This document shows, one piece after another, positions 28,271-42,101 of a stretch of 64,000 nucleotides of DNA. How positions within the stretch are numbered: the first letter of the stretch is position 1; each line of letters begins with the position of its first letter. The stretch comes from Utricularia gibba. Lineage: Eukaryota > Plantae > Magnoliophyta. The notes under the pieces are model-generated. The model saw nothing but the letters and a program-made list of their open reading frames with translations. It had not been told where the DNA came from and searched no databases. The translations under genes and the position numbers were made by a program. The DNA lies in the NCBI GenBank assembly GCA_002189035.1, contig NEEC01000018.1, positions 930,001 through 994,000 on the forward strand, written 5' to 3'.

Positions 28271-31200
28271 CACTCCCTTGCTACGAAGTCTTGGGTTCTT
28301 CTGAGGGGTATTCGTTCATTCCAATTTTCTCTCTCCAATAGGCAAATCATTTCAGCGGTAAGAATTTGGTAAGTAGGTCTGTGACTTGTTCTTTAGACCG
28401 AACATGCTGGAGCGTAATTTCTCCATTTGCTACAAATTCTCTGATGGCATGATACCGCACTTTGATGTGTTTACTTCTTCCGAATTGGGTTGGATTTTCT
28501 CCTAGTGCAATAGCTTACTTGTTGTCTATCCACAAGGTAGTGGCCTTGTCAATCGTTATGTCAAAGTCTTCTAAGATTTTTCTCCGCCAGATTGCATGTT
28601 TTGCAGCTTCTACACTAGCAATGTATTCTGCTTCTGTGGATGATAATGCGATGATGCCTTGTTTTCTTGAAGCCCAACTAAATGCTACTGATCCAAATGA
28701 AAACAGGTGTCCACTTGTGCTCCTTGAGTCTTCAATACTTCCTACATAGTTAGAGTCAGTGAAACCAATTAAATGCATACTTGTGCCCTTTTTGAAGGCA
28801 AGACCATAGTTCAGTGTTGAGTTGAGATATTTGATGATATGCTTTGCTTCTTCCATGTGAATTTTGTGAGGTTTTTGCAGATATCTGGAGAGGTAGCTCA
28901 CAGAAAAACAGATATTGAGTCTGGTGGCTGATAAGTACGTAAGTGAGCTTATTATGCTGCTGAAAGTTTTTGCATCAACTGCTTCTACTTCATTTGTTCA
29001 ATCAAGCTTGATTGTTGGTACACTGATAGGCCTTGCATTACTCATATTATGCTTCTGGATAATATCAGTTGTGTCTTTTCTTTGGCTCAAGTAAATATAG
29101 TCAGGAGAGTATCTGATTTCTACCCTAAGAAATAATTCATCATCCCTAGATCGGTCATTTCAAATGTGAGCATGAGTTGCTCTTTTTCTTGTGCAAGTAG
29201 ATGATGATTGTTTCCAGTAAGGAGTATGTCATCGACGTAGAGAGACACAATAAGGTATGTTGTTTCTTTCTTTAGTGTATAAAGTGTAGTGTCATTTGTG
29301 CTTCTCTAAAAACCTCCGGACTGAAAATATGAGTCGATACTTGTGTACCAAGCCTTTGGCGCTTGTTTGAGATCATATAGGGCTTTGTGAAGTAATAATA
29401 CTTTGGTTTCTTCTCCTTGCGTGACAAAACCAAGGGGCTACTGCAGATACACTTCTTCATGTAAGTACCCATTTAGGAATGCGCTCTTGACATCAAGGTG
29501 GAAAATATCCCAATTGTGATAGGCAGCCAAGGCAATCAGCAGTTTAATAGTATCCAAACGTGCAACAGGCGCAAACGTCTCGTTGAAATCTATGCCAAGT
29601 ACTTGAGAATATCCTTGTGTAACAGGGCGTGCTTTCAGCTTATTTATAGTCTCATCCGCATTCAATTTGGTTCAAAAAATCCATTTCACGCCTATTATTC
29701 TTTTGTGAGGTGGCTTGGTGACTAGTTCCCATGTTTTATTTCGTTCAATGGACAGGATTTCTGATTTCATAGCTGCTTTCCACTTGGGGTCTTGGTAGGC
29801 AATGCTCAATTAGTGGGTTCTTGAACTATTAGGCATCGGGCATATATTTGACTTATGTCTTGGTAGCCTTGTACATCAACAAGCGAATCAGAAACATCAG
29901 CTTGATCAAGTGAGGGTTCATCAAGAGGTGAGGCAGCCTGTTGTTCCTCAAGTGTCGGAAGATCATCTGCACTAGGAAAGGGCTCACGGAAAAGATCGTT
30001 CCATGAGTAGGAGGAAGGTATGTTATCTGGTGTCCATTCCCAGCATATCGACTCATCCATCAATACATCCCGGCTGATCACTATTCTCTGCGATGCTAAG
30101 TTTAGTGCTCTGTATGCCTTTGAAACCTCGCTATAACCTAGGAATATACCAGTATCTGCCAACTTATCCAGTTTGCCGCTCCGCCTCTCCTGTGGAACAT
30201 GGATAAAACAGAGGCTCCCAAAGATCCTCAAATGATGGACCCGAGGGATTTCACCATGCCAAGCTTCATACGGGGTTTTATTCGATAAGGAAGAGGTAGT
30301 GCATCGACTCAATAGATACATTGAGGTATTTATACCTTCTCCCCAAAAATAGCTTGGTAGATTTTTTTTGAAATAGCAAGCATCTACTCACATTCATGAG
30401 GGTCTGATTTTTTCGTTCAAAGATCCCGTTTTGCTGGGGTGTATTTGGCGCTGTAAATTCGTGCTTTATACCGTGAGTGTTGCAGATTTCAATCAGTTCA
30501 GTTGGTGAGTATTCACTACCATTGTTAGTGCGCAGCTTAAGAATTTTTTCTTTGGCTTCATTTTCCACTAGGATCTACGTTTTAGGAGAAATATCCACCC
30601 ATATTTGATGAAGTCGTCAATGAACAGTAGAAAATACCGATTCCCACTTGGTGTCGTGCAGCTCATATGTCCACACACATCTGAGTGGACCAATTCCATT
30701 TTTTGAGTGCTTTTCTAGGTGTGTGAGGCAAAATGGAATCTACTCATTTTTCCTTATTGACAGATGGAGCATACGTTGATCGACTGTTTTAAATCTGATA
30801 ACCCTTCAACTAGATGATGTCTCTGCATATGAATAAGTGTTATTTGACAGAAGTGCCCACACCGCTGATGCCAGGTATGTTCCTTCATTAGACTGTTCAT
30901 ACAGAGGTCATTACTTGATTCTATGGAAAATACAATAGGATATACTCTGTGATATCTCTCGGGTTTGAACAATACATTTCCAAATTGATCTCTAACAATA
31001 ATGGAGGTACTGTCATGAGTGTAGAGAATGTCTTGATCTTGTAGTCGGCCATAACTGATCAAATTGTGATGAGCTGTAGGCACATAGTACACGTCCCTAA
31101 TTGTTTTTCCAGATATCAAGATATCACCGATTCCCTCTAGAATTAATTTTTCTTGTCATGCTGCTTGCAAGATTTTTGTTTCTAGAAGAGGTTTCAATAT

Positions 31201-32288
31201 CTTGAAGAATGTAATGTCATATGCCATATGTCATATGATTGCTACACCCCTGTCTAGGTACCAATGTTTATCCTTTGAGGGTGTTCTTTCAGTAGCAGAT
31301 AGTCTAGTATGAGTATCAGTAACTGCCAGCACCATGTCGCTCATATTTTGTGACATTTTTGAGATTCCAGCAGCAACTAACAACTCTTTGACTTTTCGTT
31401 TTTCAGGGCAAACACACTCAATATGGCCTGTATTTGAGCAGTGTGAGCATTTGTTTGAGGGATTCCAGAAGCAATCTTTACTCAAATGATTTTTTCCTTT
31501 GTAGAATTGACAAGGGGGATAGGGTCCCTTCTTTTCCTTTCGTGTCCCTTGGTTTTGACTTGATATGTAAGACATGTATGAGCTTGTAGAATTGTTTCTT
31601 GAGGTTTTTCTTGTTCTTCAAGTATGTTGATTCTTTGTTCTTCTCCTCTAGCATGTTCAACACTTCTAATGGCGAGAGGTTTGTTAAGCTTTTTGGTAGC
31701 AATGAGCGCACTTACAACAAGGCTGAACTTGGAGGGCATGTTGGCACATATCTTGTTTATGACTCGCTCATCTTCTATGATTCCTCCTAGTAGCTTAATC
31801 TTGTTTATAGGCTTGTTTAGCTTATCTGCAAATGATTGAATGGTGTCTGAGTTTGACATTTTTACCAGGTCAAACTCTCTCCATAGGTTCAATCTTTCTG
31901 CTTGTCTTGAGTTTTCAGGTCCAAGCCTCTCTTGCAGTTTCACAATTTACTATCATCAGGAAGATCTCATCAGTGAGAGACCCGTGAATAGCTACCAGAG
32001 CCTGTGAGTTTATCATAGTTTCTTCTTTTGTAAGTTCTCTCGTTTTTCTTTCTTTGTCTGTTGGTGGGTCCTTGGTCACTATGACCCATAAACCCAAGGA
32101 TTGCATGTAGCACTTCATTTTCGCTGCTCAAATGAGATAGTTCTTTCCATCTAATTGTGGAGGTTGTAATGGTATGAAATTGTTGGATTTGTTGCTCATT
32201 TTTTTCCTGCATGGTTAGTAAAGATACTGGTGTATATAGAAGTATGCAGTATGATATGGGTTATACCTGAATCAGTGCTTTAAACCTT

Positions 32289-32300
32289 GCTCTAATACCA
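32289..32300 (-). other. Primer-binding site for initiator Met-tRNA
   Basis: Minus strand reads TGGTATTAGAGC directly after the 5' LTR; the canonical TGGTATCAGAGC with one C>T change. Confidence 0.88.
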
Positions 32301-32616
32301 TGAAAATGTTTATATAGTTGTTTGGAGTAACAGCTTGTACTTCTCATGAGAATTCAAATACCATCAACCGTTTACAACATGTTTGAGAGATATTTAAAGC
32401 AGTACAAAGGGCCATAGTCGACCATTGAGACATCTAGTAGTGGGCCTGAGTGGTTTACTTTGGTTTGGGCTTTTCCATAGCTGGTATTGGACCTTGCTGT
32501 TTAATTGGCCCAATAACTTTCCTTGTCCACAATTGTTCTATCATTGACAGGCGCTGATGTACGGAAACGACAATAGAATCCTTACTGTTCGACAGCATAA
32601 GCAGCAGTCTTCAACA
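32301..32616 (-). repeat. 5' LTR of the copia element (316 bp)
   Basis: About 92% identical to the other LTR (~26 substitutions and 3 small indels by manual alignment) and adjacent to the PBS. Confidence 0.92.
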
Positions 32617-33542
32617 TATGTGACTGCCTTATTTGAACGATCTTATTTTATGCTATATAGACAAATAGAAATCTTGTACAAATAAGCATGAAAAAACTTC
32701 TTTTCTGAATATTCATATCAATACATCATTCTTTTGAACACCTCATATCATACTTTACTCTCAATTGCTCATAGTTTCTCTACGTGTTTGCACTAGAAAT
32801 GTAACCATTATTTCTATACTAGCGCTTACCTCATATAAACCTAGACACCTAACGTGTGGTAATGGATTTAATTCTGTCAAAGTGCCGGTTTTTGCAAGAA
32901 TTCCGAGCACCCAACCAAGAGAATGATGGGCACTTAGCAGCATGTGGGAGGTGCAGCGTGCGGTGTCGTGCCTTCTTTTGTTGGTCCACGACACATCCTT
33001 ATCTTTCTGGACAACAAGTTGCAGTAGTTTTACCAACAAAAATGAATTCCAAATATCTTACATTGGAAATGAAAGTAAAACCCAATATGAGTCATGATAA
33101 TTGTATATAGGTAAAGATTTGTCACATGGTATTTGTTGAAATTAAGAATTCAATAGAATCAGACAAGCAAATCAAGTATATAAAAAAAGTGAACCATATT
33201 AAATAAAATTAGATTAAACTGTTTATTACTGATTTATAGTTCTTTATATACTTATTTGATTTTTATGTATGAATATGATATTATTTGTTCTAATACTCAT
33301 GATCGTTCGTGGACTGAGAAGTGAGCTCGGGCAATGGGGGGATGATGGAAGGGTGCCCCCTCCACCTGTAACTGCGATGCATACGGTTCGTTATAATGAA
33401 GCGAAACAGTAGGATGGGAAGGGGAAGCTTATAATAATATTAGCCGACAGCATACAAATGCAAATTGGAGTTGCCAATTTTATCTCTGCAACTCCACAGA
33501 GAATCTCCCCGGGAGCGTGGTGCTCTTTCTCTCTAAGAGGAC

Positions 33543-35775
33543 ATGGGTTCTTCGCAGGAGCACCAGAGCTGGCTGGACTTCTCCCTTACCAACAACAATC
33601 ACCTCTCTTTCTCCTCACAGTCAACCTGTGCTGCTGCTGCTCCTGGTTAGTTCACCTACAGGATTGCTGGATTAGGGTTTGGTTATCTTAATCTTTGAGT
33701 TGGCTGATCAAAGATAGTTTTTGTGATTAGTCGGGGGCTATCATCATCGTTTCTCCAACCTGGAGGAGTACCTCAACGGTGGCTCTGGCTCCAGCTCCGG
33801 GGTGGCGACGGATGGGATCTGCGGTGTCAACTTGTACGTCGACAGTGATGATTTGGAGGTGAAGAGAATCGGTGGAGCTGGAAACTGCTGCTTGGATGAT
33901 GACCAGAAGCAGATCACTGCAACGCCCCCAGAGGAGCCGCCGGCTAAGAAGATGGCGGTGGCGGCGGAGAACTTCGGCCAACGGACCTCTGTTTTCCGGG
34001 GGTCACGAGGCACCGCTGGACCGGGAGATACGAAGCTCATTTGTGGGATAACTCCTGCAGACGCGAAGGTCAAACCAGAAAGGGACGACAAGGTATGTTC
34101 TTACACCACATACCGCATCTTGTCGGATTAGGGTTTTCTATTCCCTCTTCTCCCTCGTGACCCTACCTCCATTTTTTCCCATGGAAAACCAACAAATGGA
34201 ACTCGAACAACTTCAGTGTATTTAGGTAAACTTAAACAGCAAGGCTTTGCTTCTTCTTCTCCTTCTTCTTCTTCTTTTCTTTTGTTTTCTTCAAATTTTG
34301 ATTTGGTTCGCTTTACTGCATCAAGGTGGATATGACAAGGAAGAAAAAGCTGCGAGAGCGTACGACCTCGCAGCCCTCAAGTACTGGGGTCCGGCCACCA
34401 CCACCAACTTTCCGGTGAAATGAACACCATCAAACCCTTAAGATCAGTAACACTGAACATCACCCTGATTAACTTACATGATCAATGCGTTACAGGCGTG
34501 TGAGTATGAGAAGGAGATGGAGGAAATGCAGCATATGACTAGACAAGAATTCGTAGCTTCTCTCCGAAGGTAGGGATTCTGATACCAAATCACCAGTAGA
34601 TTCATCCTTTCATTTGAATGCAAATGACGCCCAAGGTTCGTTGCAGAAAAAGTAGTGGGTTTTCTCGGGGTGCCTCCATTTACAGAGGAGTCACCAGGTA
34701 TTCCATTCCAAGTTCAATGTTAAATTCATCGTAACCAGCTTTCCTCAGGGTTTAAACCCATTTATTATGAAGGCACCATCAGCATGGCCGGTGGCAGGCG
34801 AGGATCGGGAGAGTCGCCGGAAATAAAGACTTGTATCTTGGAACTTTCAGTAAGCGAAAAACACAAATCTTTTCTTTTTTTTTCAATGTTTGGTTGGGGA
34901 AGCAAATCTACTAAATTCATTAATAGGGATGAGGACAATTTCTTGAGTTAGCCTCATAATCTGAACATGGTTGCCATTGGCTTGCCTGAACGGTGGCCAG
35001 ATGCAAAACAACCACTCTTATCTTGTCCTAATTCTCCCATGTGGCACTCCGCCATTTGCCCTCCGTGACGGTGCTGAAAAAAAATAGAAAGAATAGAACG
35101 TGGGTGTTTCGGATCCCGGGCTTAGATCCAAGCACCATCTTCTCCATTCTTTTAGCTTCAATTTTATGGTGTTTTTTTGTTGCGAACTGTGGTCTCCTTT
35201 TTCATTCTTTCTAACAATTTAACGAATGGGTAGGGGAATGCACTGGTGAAAATTGCTTGTCCATGTGTTTTTTCATTTGTGGGTTGCCTGCAGGCACACA
35301 AGAAGAGGCCGCCGAGGCTTACGACATAGCGGCCATAAAGTTCCGGGGAGTGAACGCCGTGACCAACTTCGACATAACTCGCTACGACGTCGAGAGCATC
35401 ACGAGCAGCCATCTTCCGATCGGCAACAAGGTGAAGGCAGTCGAAGAGAACAAAATGGTGCAGGAAGGCCAGCTGATCACCAATAAGCAAGACGAGTCCT
35501 CGTCGAGTCTGCCACTGTGGGCAGCGCTGGGCTTCCAAAACCCGACACCCGGCCCGGACCCCATGTTCCCATCAATGATGATGATGGCTCATGGCCATAC
35601 GCCAACTTATGGAATGGGCTTGGGGTTGGAGTCCTCATCTGCGAACAGCAATCACCATCATGCTTTCTACGTCCCTGGTTCATACTCCTCCTATCATGGC
35701 CTGAGCTCCAATTTTATAGCCGGGGAAGATAACGGCACGGCGGAGCCACCGGGGAAACAGCCATCCGTACTGTAA
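33543..35775 (+). CDS. euANT-lineage (AINTEGUMENTA-LIKE/PLETHORA) double-AP2 transcription factor; 8 exons, with an apparent 1-nt deletion at 33998-34002
   Basis: N-terminal SWLDFSL motif. After restoring one G it reads [65 protein letters not shown], then linker [54 protein letters not shown] and [18 protein letters not shown]. Confidence 0.93.
34217..34225 (+). other. 9-nt micro-exon (V-Y-L) in the first AP2 domain
   Basis: CAG|TGTATTTAG|GT restores RQ-VYL-GG. A VYL micro-exon is an established feature of ANT/WRI-type AP2 genes. Confidence 0.9.
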
Positions 35776-36695
35776 TTGTGGAAATGTGGGTTGTGGTGGA
35801 CGTGAACCAGAGGTTTGCTTGTAGTCATTTGCATGAGTTGGAGGGGAATCCAGCAGGCGTTTGGTTATTTGGAGCCTGTGCCCCTCCTGTGTTGGCTACT
35901 CTGTTCTGCTGCTATTTTGGTCACCAGTTTTGCCTATAAAATTACCAAGAATTATTACACGCTGTGGCCTAGTTATCAGGTGCTGCCAACTTGGAACCTT
36001 GGCTCGTGTGACGGCTGTTGACTAGGGCAAGTGGCTCTGACCTGAGGCTCCACAATCTCCACACAGTAGACGGACGTTCGTTGCCCTCCCTTGGAACAGG
36101 GCGAGCTATCAATTGTGTGCACCAAGGCTCACATTTTGCTCATTTCCTGGAAAAAGGTTTTAAGTAAAAGCTCAAACTTCAGTGACATGTCAGCTTAACT
36201 CCAAGATTATAAAACTCAAGATCCAACTCGATTTATCAACTCCAAGATCAACGAACTCCACAGCATGAAATTGTGAGTCAGAGTCAAATATAAAGGGTTC
36301 ATATGCTGTCTGTGGAGACGACTGCTATTCGCCTCAGACATGCATGCCAAAAAGAGGCAAAAGAGCAAGCACTTTGAGGCAGAAGGGCACGTTATTGAGT
36401 TCAGATCTCCAACAAAAAGTCCACTGCATAAATTCAGAGAATGGATTACCTGCAAAACAGTATGAATCAAGAGACATGAACTATGGTTTTAATAAAACAA
36501 GGAGGCTATGGATTTACTATCGAGTTGCAGTAATCTTTTATGTAGTGCAACAGCTGAATCTACATGCATTTTGAGACAACAATTTAAAATCGCTAACATG
36601 CAAAAGAACCAGATCATTTATGCAAACTAAAGGGTAAATCAGTGAATGAGGGAATATAGAAAAGAGACATACCTGCTACGAGGATGCATAAAAAA

Positions 36696-39115
36696 TTATC
36701 TGCCTTTCAGAACTCTTTGAGGATCAAGCTGCCCACTGCAGTAACTAGACGGCACAACAGAAAGTTCCTGTCTTCCTCTCCATTCTTCACCAGGCTTCAG
36801 AATGATGGGTTTCTCAATAGCAGCGGACTCAATGCAGAGCATATGCCTATATTCAGTATCCCCAAAATCAGGCAGCGCTTTTGCCTTCTTATCCCAAGGA
36901 TTCCACACAACTGTGAATAAAAATGAAGAACAAAGTTAAAAACAACTCTAGAAATTGCTGTGTCCTATCCTAGTGTTTGTCCAGAAATGGATGAATATGT
37001 GCCTACACATGGTTTAGAAAAAGTTAGTCAAGATCTTTAAGAAAAGCCAGCTTGACAATTCTAGATCTAGAAAAGACGAGGCATCTGCAAAATCCCAGAT
37101 TTAAAAAACGCACTATGAAGGTTTGAAAATATTGTATTCATGATTTGGAACTACAACTTGTGTATGCCCAATCAAACTCACCTGCATCTGGAAGGCCGTC
37201 TTTACGAATGACAAAGGTTCGCTTTTTTTCATGATCCAGGATAGCAATCTTTGTAGGAGTGCTGAGGTATATTCTATCCACCTAATGGAAATGGAGAATC
37301 TCAAGCGTAATGGCTTACATTCGAACATTTAGAGGGTTACGAGCATCAATTTCATGAACTCACCTCATCCTCAAAGGTGATAGCATCTCCTTGTTCAGTA
37401 AATCGTTGTCTATTCTGTAGGTTATCTAAATAATCCAGCGTCTCCAGTCCTTCTACACGAACTTCACTGAATGATGTGTTCATAAAAAGATAGTAATGAA
37501 CCAAATATCCATCCAACACAAAAAATGTACAATTCAGAAAGGAATTATCACTAGCAATATCGAGCCAGATATTTTTTTTAAAGAAAATCATATGCAAGAC
37601 AAATATCATTAATACTGACAAAGTACCTGATGTCGGAAACAGAGAAATATGTGTGGTATGCAAAAGTAAAACTAAAAGGCTTTCCATCAGTACTTGTGTT
37701 TCTGACACGAGACGTCAACATAAGATCTCCTGATGGCCCTAGAGTTACTCGCAAACGGAACTCAAAACTGTAAGGGGGATATAGAGACAGAGAATTAAAA
37801 GAAGTTCATGCAACAAAAAATCATTTTTGAAACAAACGAGAATCTTCTAAGTTTTCACCTATGAGGCCACAATTTAAGGTCTGCTTCACTCGGCTTTAGA
37901 AGCAAGTCTACGAATGCCTTATTAGTAGAAGGTGTTGCAAAAGGTGGTGGGGAAGGATCGATTATCCATAACCTATTCCTAGCAAAACCGTGGCCTTCCA
38001 GTGGACCAAAGTTTGAGAACTAAAAATACAAAGCAGTTTAAATACCATGGCGGATGTTGAATGAAACACAGAAGGAGGTGATCTTACTTGAGGAAAGCAA
38101 AGAGGGATGCCCCCACGAATCGGCTTTGGTGGTTTAAAAATGGCCTGATGTATAAGGATTGTATGGTCAACATATTCAAATAAAAGAAAATAATTTTTGA
38201 AATGAATAACAGGTGATGAGATTTGAGATCTACAGCAAGAAATACATCATTTATTCGATCCCAAATATGTTAACGAATGTCTTGAAAACGAATACATATG
38301 CTAAGCATCCCAAGATATAATTCAAGTACTCTTCCTTATGCACGTAAAGAATGAAGACAGTCTCGAGGAAAAGATCACTTGTTTAATCCAAAGTATGCTG
38401 AAAAATTTATTAAAACCGAACATAGAGTAAGCATCTCATATTTTTATCCAACAACTCAGAATCGAAAATTGGAATTTTAGATACCAAGAAGAGATACCTT
38501 ATTACTGACAAAAAGTAATTCTTCTCTACTCTCATTCTTCCATGATGTTACATGAGCTCCATACAAGTAGATCTGTAAAATAAATGACGAATCCATATTT
38601 GATCTGGAGGTTTAGCAAAATAAATATAAGATAGACGGAATCAGATTCTTGCAAATCATTTTCACAATATCATCAAGGAGGACCCATAAAACTCTACTTG
38701 TAAAGTGAAATCCATAAGCATGATCTGCAGAATGTATCAGACCCCTGTCGTTTACACCAAAGCATATCAATTGCACAAAGTTCCAAATTACATCACAATC
38801 TCTTGCCAAATCATGCCGTCATGCATATAACTACGGCGTAAGCACCAGGAAGCTTTTCAGAACATAGCGTGAAAGAGTGGAATCAGGCGTGCGCCTCCCG
38901 AGTTTCAAAAAAAATTCAGCTAGAAATACAGATCAAGTGATTCGCCAGTGAAAAATCAGAAACCGAAAGGTCAATACCTCAACGGAATTGCCTCGAATGT
39001 CTCCTAGGATAATCTTCTCGAGGCCGTTAACGCCCTTCGTTATATGGTAGGGAGGAGCATCGGCTTTCGCATCCTGCTCTGCCGCCGACGTTGCCGGTAC
39101 CCCTGCCGAAGACAT
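36696..39115 (-). CDS. Putative glucose-6-phosphate 1-epimerase (aldose 1-epimerase / galactose mutarotase-like family); 8 exons
   Basis: Exon 1 (39115..38978) ends GNSVE. Later exons read IYLYGAHVTSWK, IRGGIPLCFPQF, HGFARNR, FTFAYHTYF, VDRIYL, DGLPDA and VVWNPW...MLCIE; all introns are GT-AG. Confidence 0.93.
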
Positions 39116-39274
39116 GTTGGATCACCGGAGATTTGTGCAAAAGCAAAATTATATTCGTATTCTGTTCTGTTCGTTCCCCCAATATCTGAATTCCGAACCG
39201 AATTTTACGTTTTCCCATCGAAAATGCTTTTTCCATTTCGAAAATATTATTGGAGTATAATATAAGTTTTTGAG

Positions 39275-39345
39275 TGGGCCGGGCCGAGATGGGCTGGTTG
39301 ACTATATATAGACAAGTTATATTGGGCCAGAATCAATTTAGCCCA
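39275..39345 (-). promoter_or_regulatory. Core promoter of the epimerase gene: Site II (TGGGCY) cluster around a TATA-like TATATATA
   Basis: TGGGCC at 39275 and 39323, TGGGCT at 39290, AGCCCA at 39340, TATATATA at ~39303. Three of the four Site II-type motifs and the TATA-like element are retained in the copy at 61380-61433. Confidence 0.55.
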
Positions 39346-39461
39346 AGAAATGCATGGCTATTGGATTCAACAAGGATGGTCAAAACAAGGCTGTTTCAGA
39401 GGCAGCAACTTCTAGACTTTTGGGGCACCTGAAGCTCTCCTGTTCCTCGGCCCTTCTCTAG

Positions 39462-42101
39462 TTACCTCACCAGAGGGATAAGCAAGTACTCGGCATAGAA
39501 CAGCTGCAACCGCACAAAGGGAAAGCGAAAAATTCCAGCACAAGTTGACAGAAGAATTCAGACCAGAGAGAGGATGGGGTGTAAACTTACCTTCCATATG
39601 AACATGTAAAAGGAAGTAATCGCAGCCTTGCTCTTCAAGTCGATGGATTTAGCCCGGTTCCATAGCAGTCCGCCCAGTAACAAATGGCCGAGGATCTATA
39701 GCAAACATGAAGGTGAGGGTGTGTGTTGATAATTTATCAGGAGGGAAGCTTGGAGATGTGTGTTGTTACCATTGTGCACTTGCTCCAGAGGCATGTGGAT
39801 GTTGCTCCTACAAGCAGAGCAACGGTGTAGGCTATTTCGAGAAGATAGATGCAAATCCAAAAGACCTGCAGTGTATCAAGTTCCCAGAATTTGGTCAGGA
39901 AGGCAATGCAAGATGGAAAGGTGAAAAGAATTTGGACAATGAGAAAACTAGCCTTCTCCTGGCCGAGCCGGACTGTGAATGATTGAATACCGTAAACTCT
40001 ATCACCAACAATATCGGGTATGTCCTGCATCCAAGAGTTTGCGGAAGTTGATTTCTTTAGAGTAATGCAATCCTGGTATGTATCCATGAAGGAGTTATTT
40101 ATACCTTGAACAGGGCTATGACAACTGAGAAAAAGCTCATGAAAGCTGTTGCGAAAATCAATGGCTTTGTGAAGATGGTTGGCCTTCCAAAGACATAAGT
40201 CTGGAAAAAAGAAAGGGGTGCAGTATTCATTAAATTTCTCGACAGATATTCCTTCCGGAGTTGGTGAATTATAAGGGAAAAGGATTAGGTTAAACCTGGA
40301 CATGCAAATAGAACGCTATCTGGACAATCACTGCTCGCACAGCCAAGATGCACGTAGCTGCAATGAAAGCAAACCTCTTCCATCTCAAAAATGGAAGCTG
40401 GAAAGGCAACAAATGTTAGAGTTGTAAGTCCAATGGGGCAGTCACTGGAAACTTTTGGGATACAGCTAAACCTCATAGTGCCATGAAAAATTTAATCCAT
40501 GGATGAGAGACAAGCAAGACACCCAAACTCAGGTGGCTTGTCCAATATCAAATCAACAGCAACCAGATAAACTTACATCAATGGAATAGGCAGTTCCGAG
40601 AACAAAGCTGACAGAGAGAGCCCAAAGCAGTGGTCTGGAACCAACGTGCAAGCCAAGCCAAAAACTCTGCAGGTGGTTTAAGAGAGGATAATGAAAATGC
40701 GTGTATAACCATCTAACATGAATTATTCCACTATATGAGATGCTCAAGGGGAGGGCTTCGAACAGAGGGGGCACCCTTATAAGAACACCATGTGCAAACA
40801 TATAAAACAAAAAGTGAGGGAGAAGGCAATGGAATCATATACAGACCAAGGCAGCAAAGAATGAGACAATCATCAATCCAGTTGTGAGCGAGAATTCCCC
40901 AGATGCCAATGGCAGATACGGTTTGTTGACCTGAGAAGTGGCCCCTCATGTCACTCCTTGAGTTATTTTGGTACAGGAAGACACAAGAGCAACAAAGATA
41001 GGCTTCCATCCATCATGTTCAATCCATAAAATTTTAATCAGGTTCATTTAGTAGGAAGAATGTACTCAGTAAATATCCAATTTAACCGTAATGGTAATTC
41101 TCATCGTTATAAACCATGCCACACTCCCACACCATTTCAATGTTCTTGACTAACTTCAGGGAGTTACATTCTTAAACTAACCTTGTCGATGTCAATGTCA
41201 GATATTTGATTTAATCCAACAATGTATATGTTCATAAATAGGGCAGCAACAACAGCCTGGAAATCGATTAAATTAAACCACTTGCATGGCCCAGCATAAA
41301 TCATATTAAACAAGATCTGAGACTAGATGTTGCAGTACCTGGGAAACCCCAAACAAAAATGCTGGAGAAAAATCTGATAGCTTCTCTACCGCAAGAAGAG
41401 AAACTGAAATTATGCTCAATACCTGCATACCAGGGTAGATAGATTAAGACCAACAGCATATACAAATGCATGTAAATATTTTCAAATTTAACAGTTCCTC
41501 TTAACAAGATTTCAAACGCAACTGTTCCTATAACGGTGTGGGGCCGCGAAAATCTGTAGAAAGCATCAAAAGCTCGTAGCATTGATCCCAAGGGTCGGTT
41601 AGAAGGTTCAGATTCAAGAGAGCCATGCGAAACTGAGTTTACTATAACGCCTGAACTCCGTTTTGGAATTGTCGCCAAATGTTTTATGCCAAAACTTTGG
41701 TTATGAATCTGCTTCAACGTCAGCCTCTCTATCCGTGACCTCAACGATTTGGTAGAAGAGAAATCACTACATCTCGAAGAATAAGCTGCCACAAATGAAC
41801 CCAAGATTATCAAGACCAGAACTTTCCAAAACCCACAATATTATAAACCCAACCACTTAGAATTTTCTGAAAACAATACAGAGAGAATTCACCAAAATGA
41901 TAAATTTCACTTCCAGCCCAACAGATTCAGCTACAACAGCAACGAAAAAAGGTTTGCAAAAACAAGATCTCACATTTTGTTCATGAAACCAAAAGAAACA
42001 GCAATTCTCATACCCGGGACGCGTAAAACTAACTCAGCAGTAGTCTTGGCAGAGAGTAGAGACGAAGTTCCAGGAGAGCACCCGGAAAGCATGAACACCA
42101 T
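39462..42101 (-). CDS. HPT1: Homogentisate phytyltransferase (tocopherol pathway); one GC-AG intron
   Basis: Motifs [65 protein letters not shown] and [20 protein letters not shown], with a Ser-rich transit-like exon 1-2. Confidence 0.95.

Larger units (their letters stand above)
27947..32616 (-). mobile_element. Full-length but decayed Ty1/copia LTR retrotransposon (~4.67 kb)
   Basis: Two LTRs, a PBS and a PPT. Domain order on the minus strand: gag (PQLDGKNYLI*AAKMKCYM, CETAREAW, two zinc knuckles), protease (WYLDRG), WHQRCGH, integrase, RT ([34 protein letters not shown]) and RNase H (GFTDSNYVG, ALSSTEAEY). Many stops and frameshifts. Confidence 0.96.
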
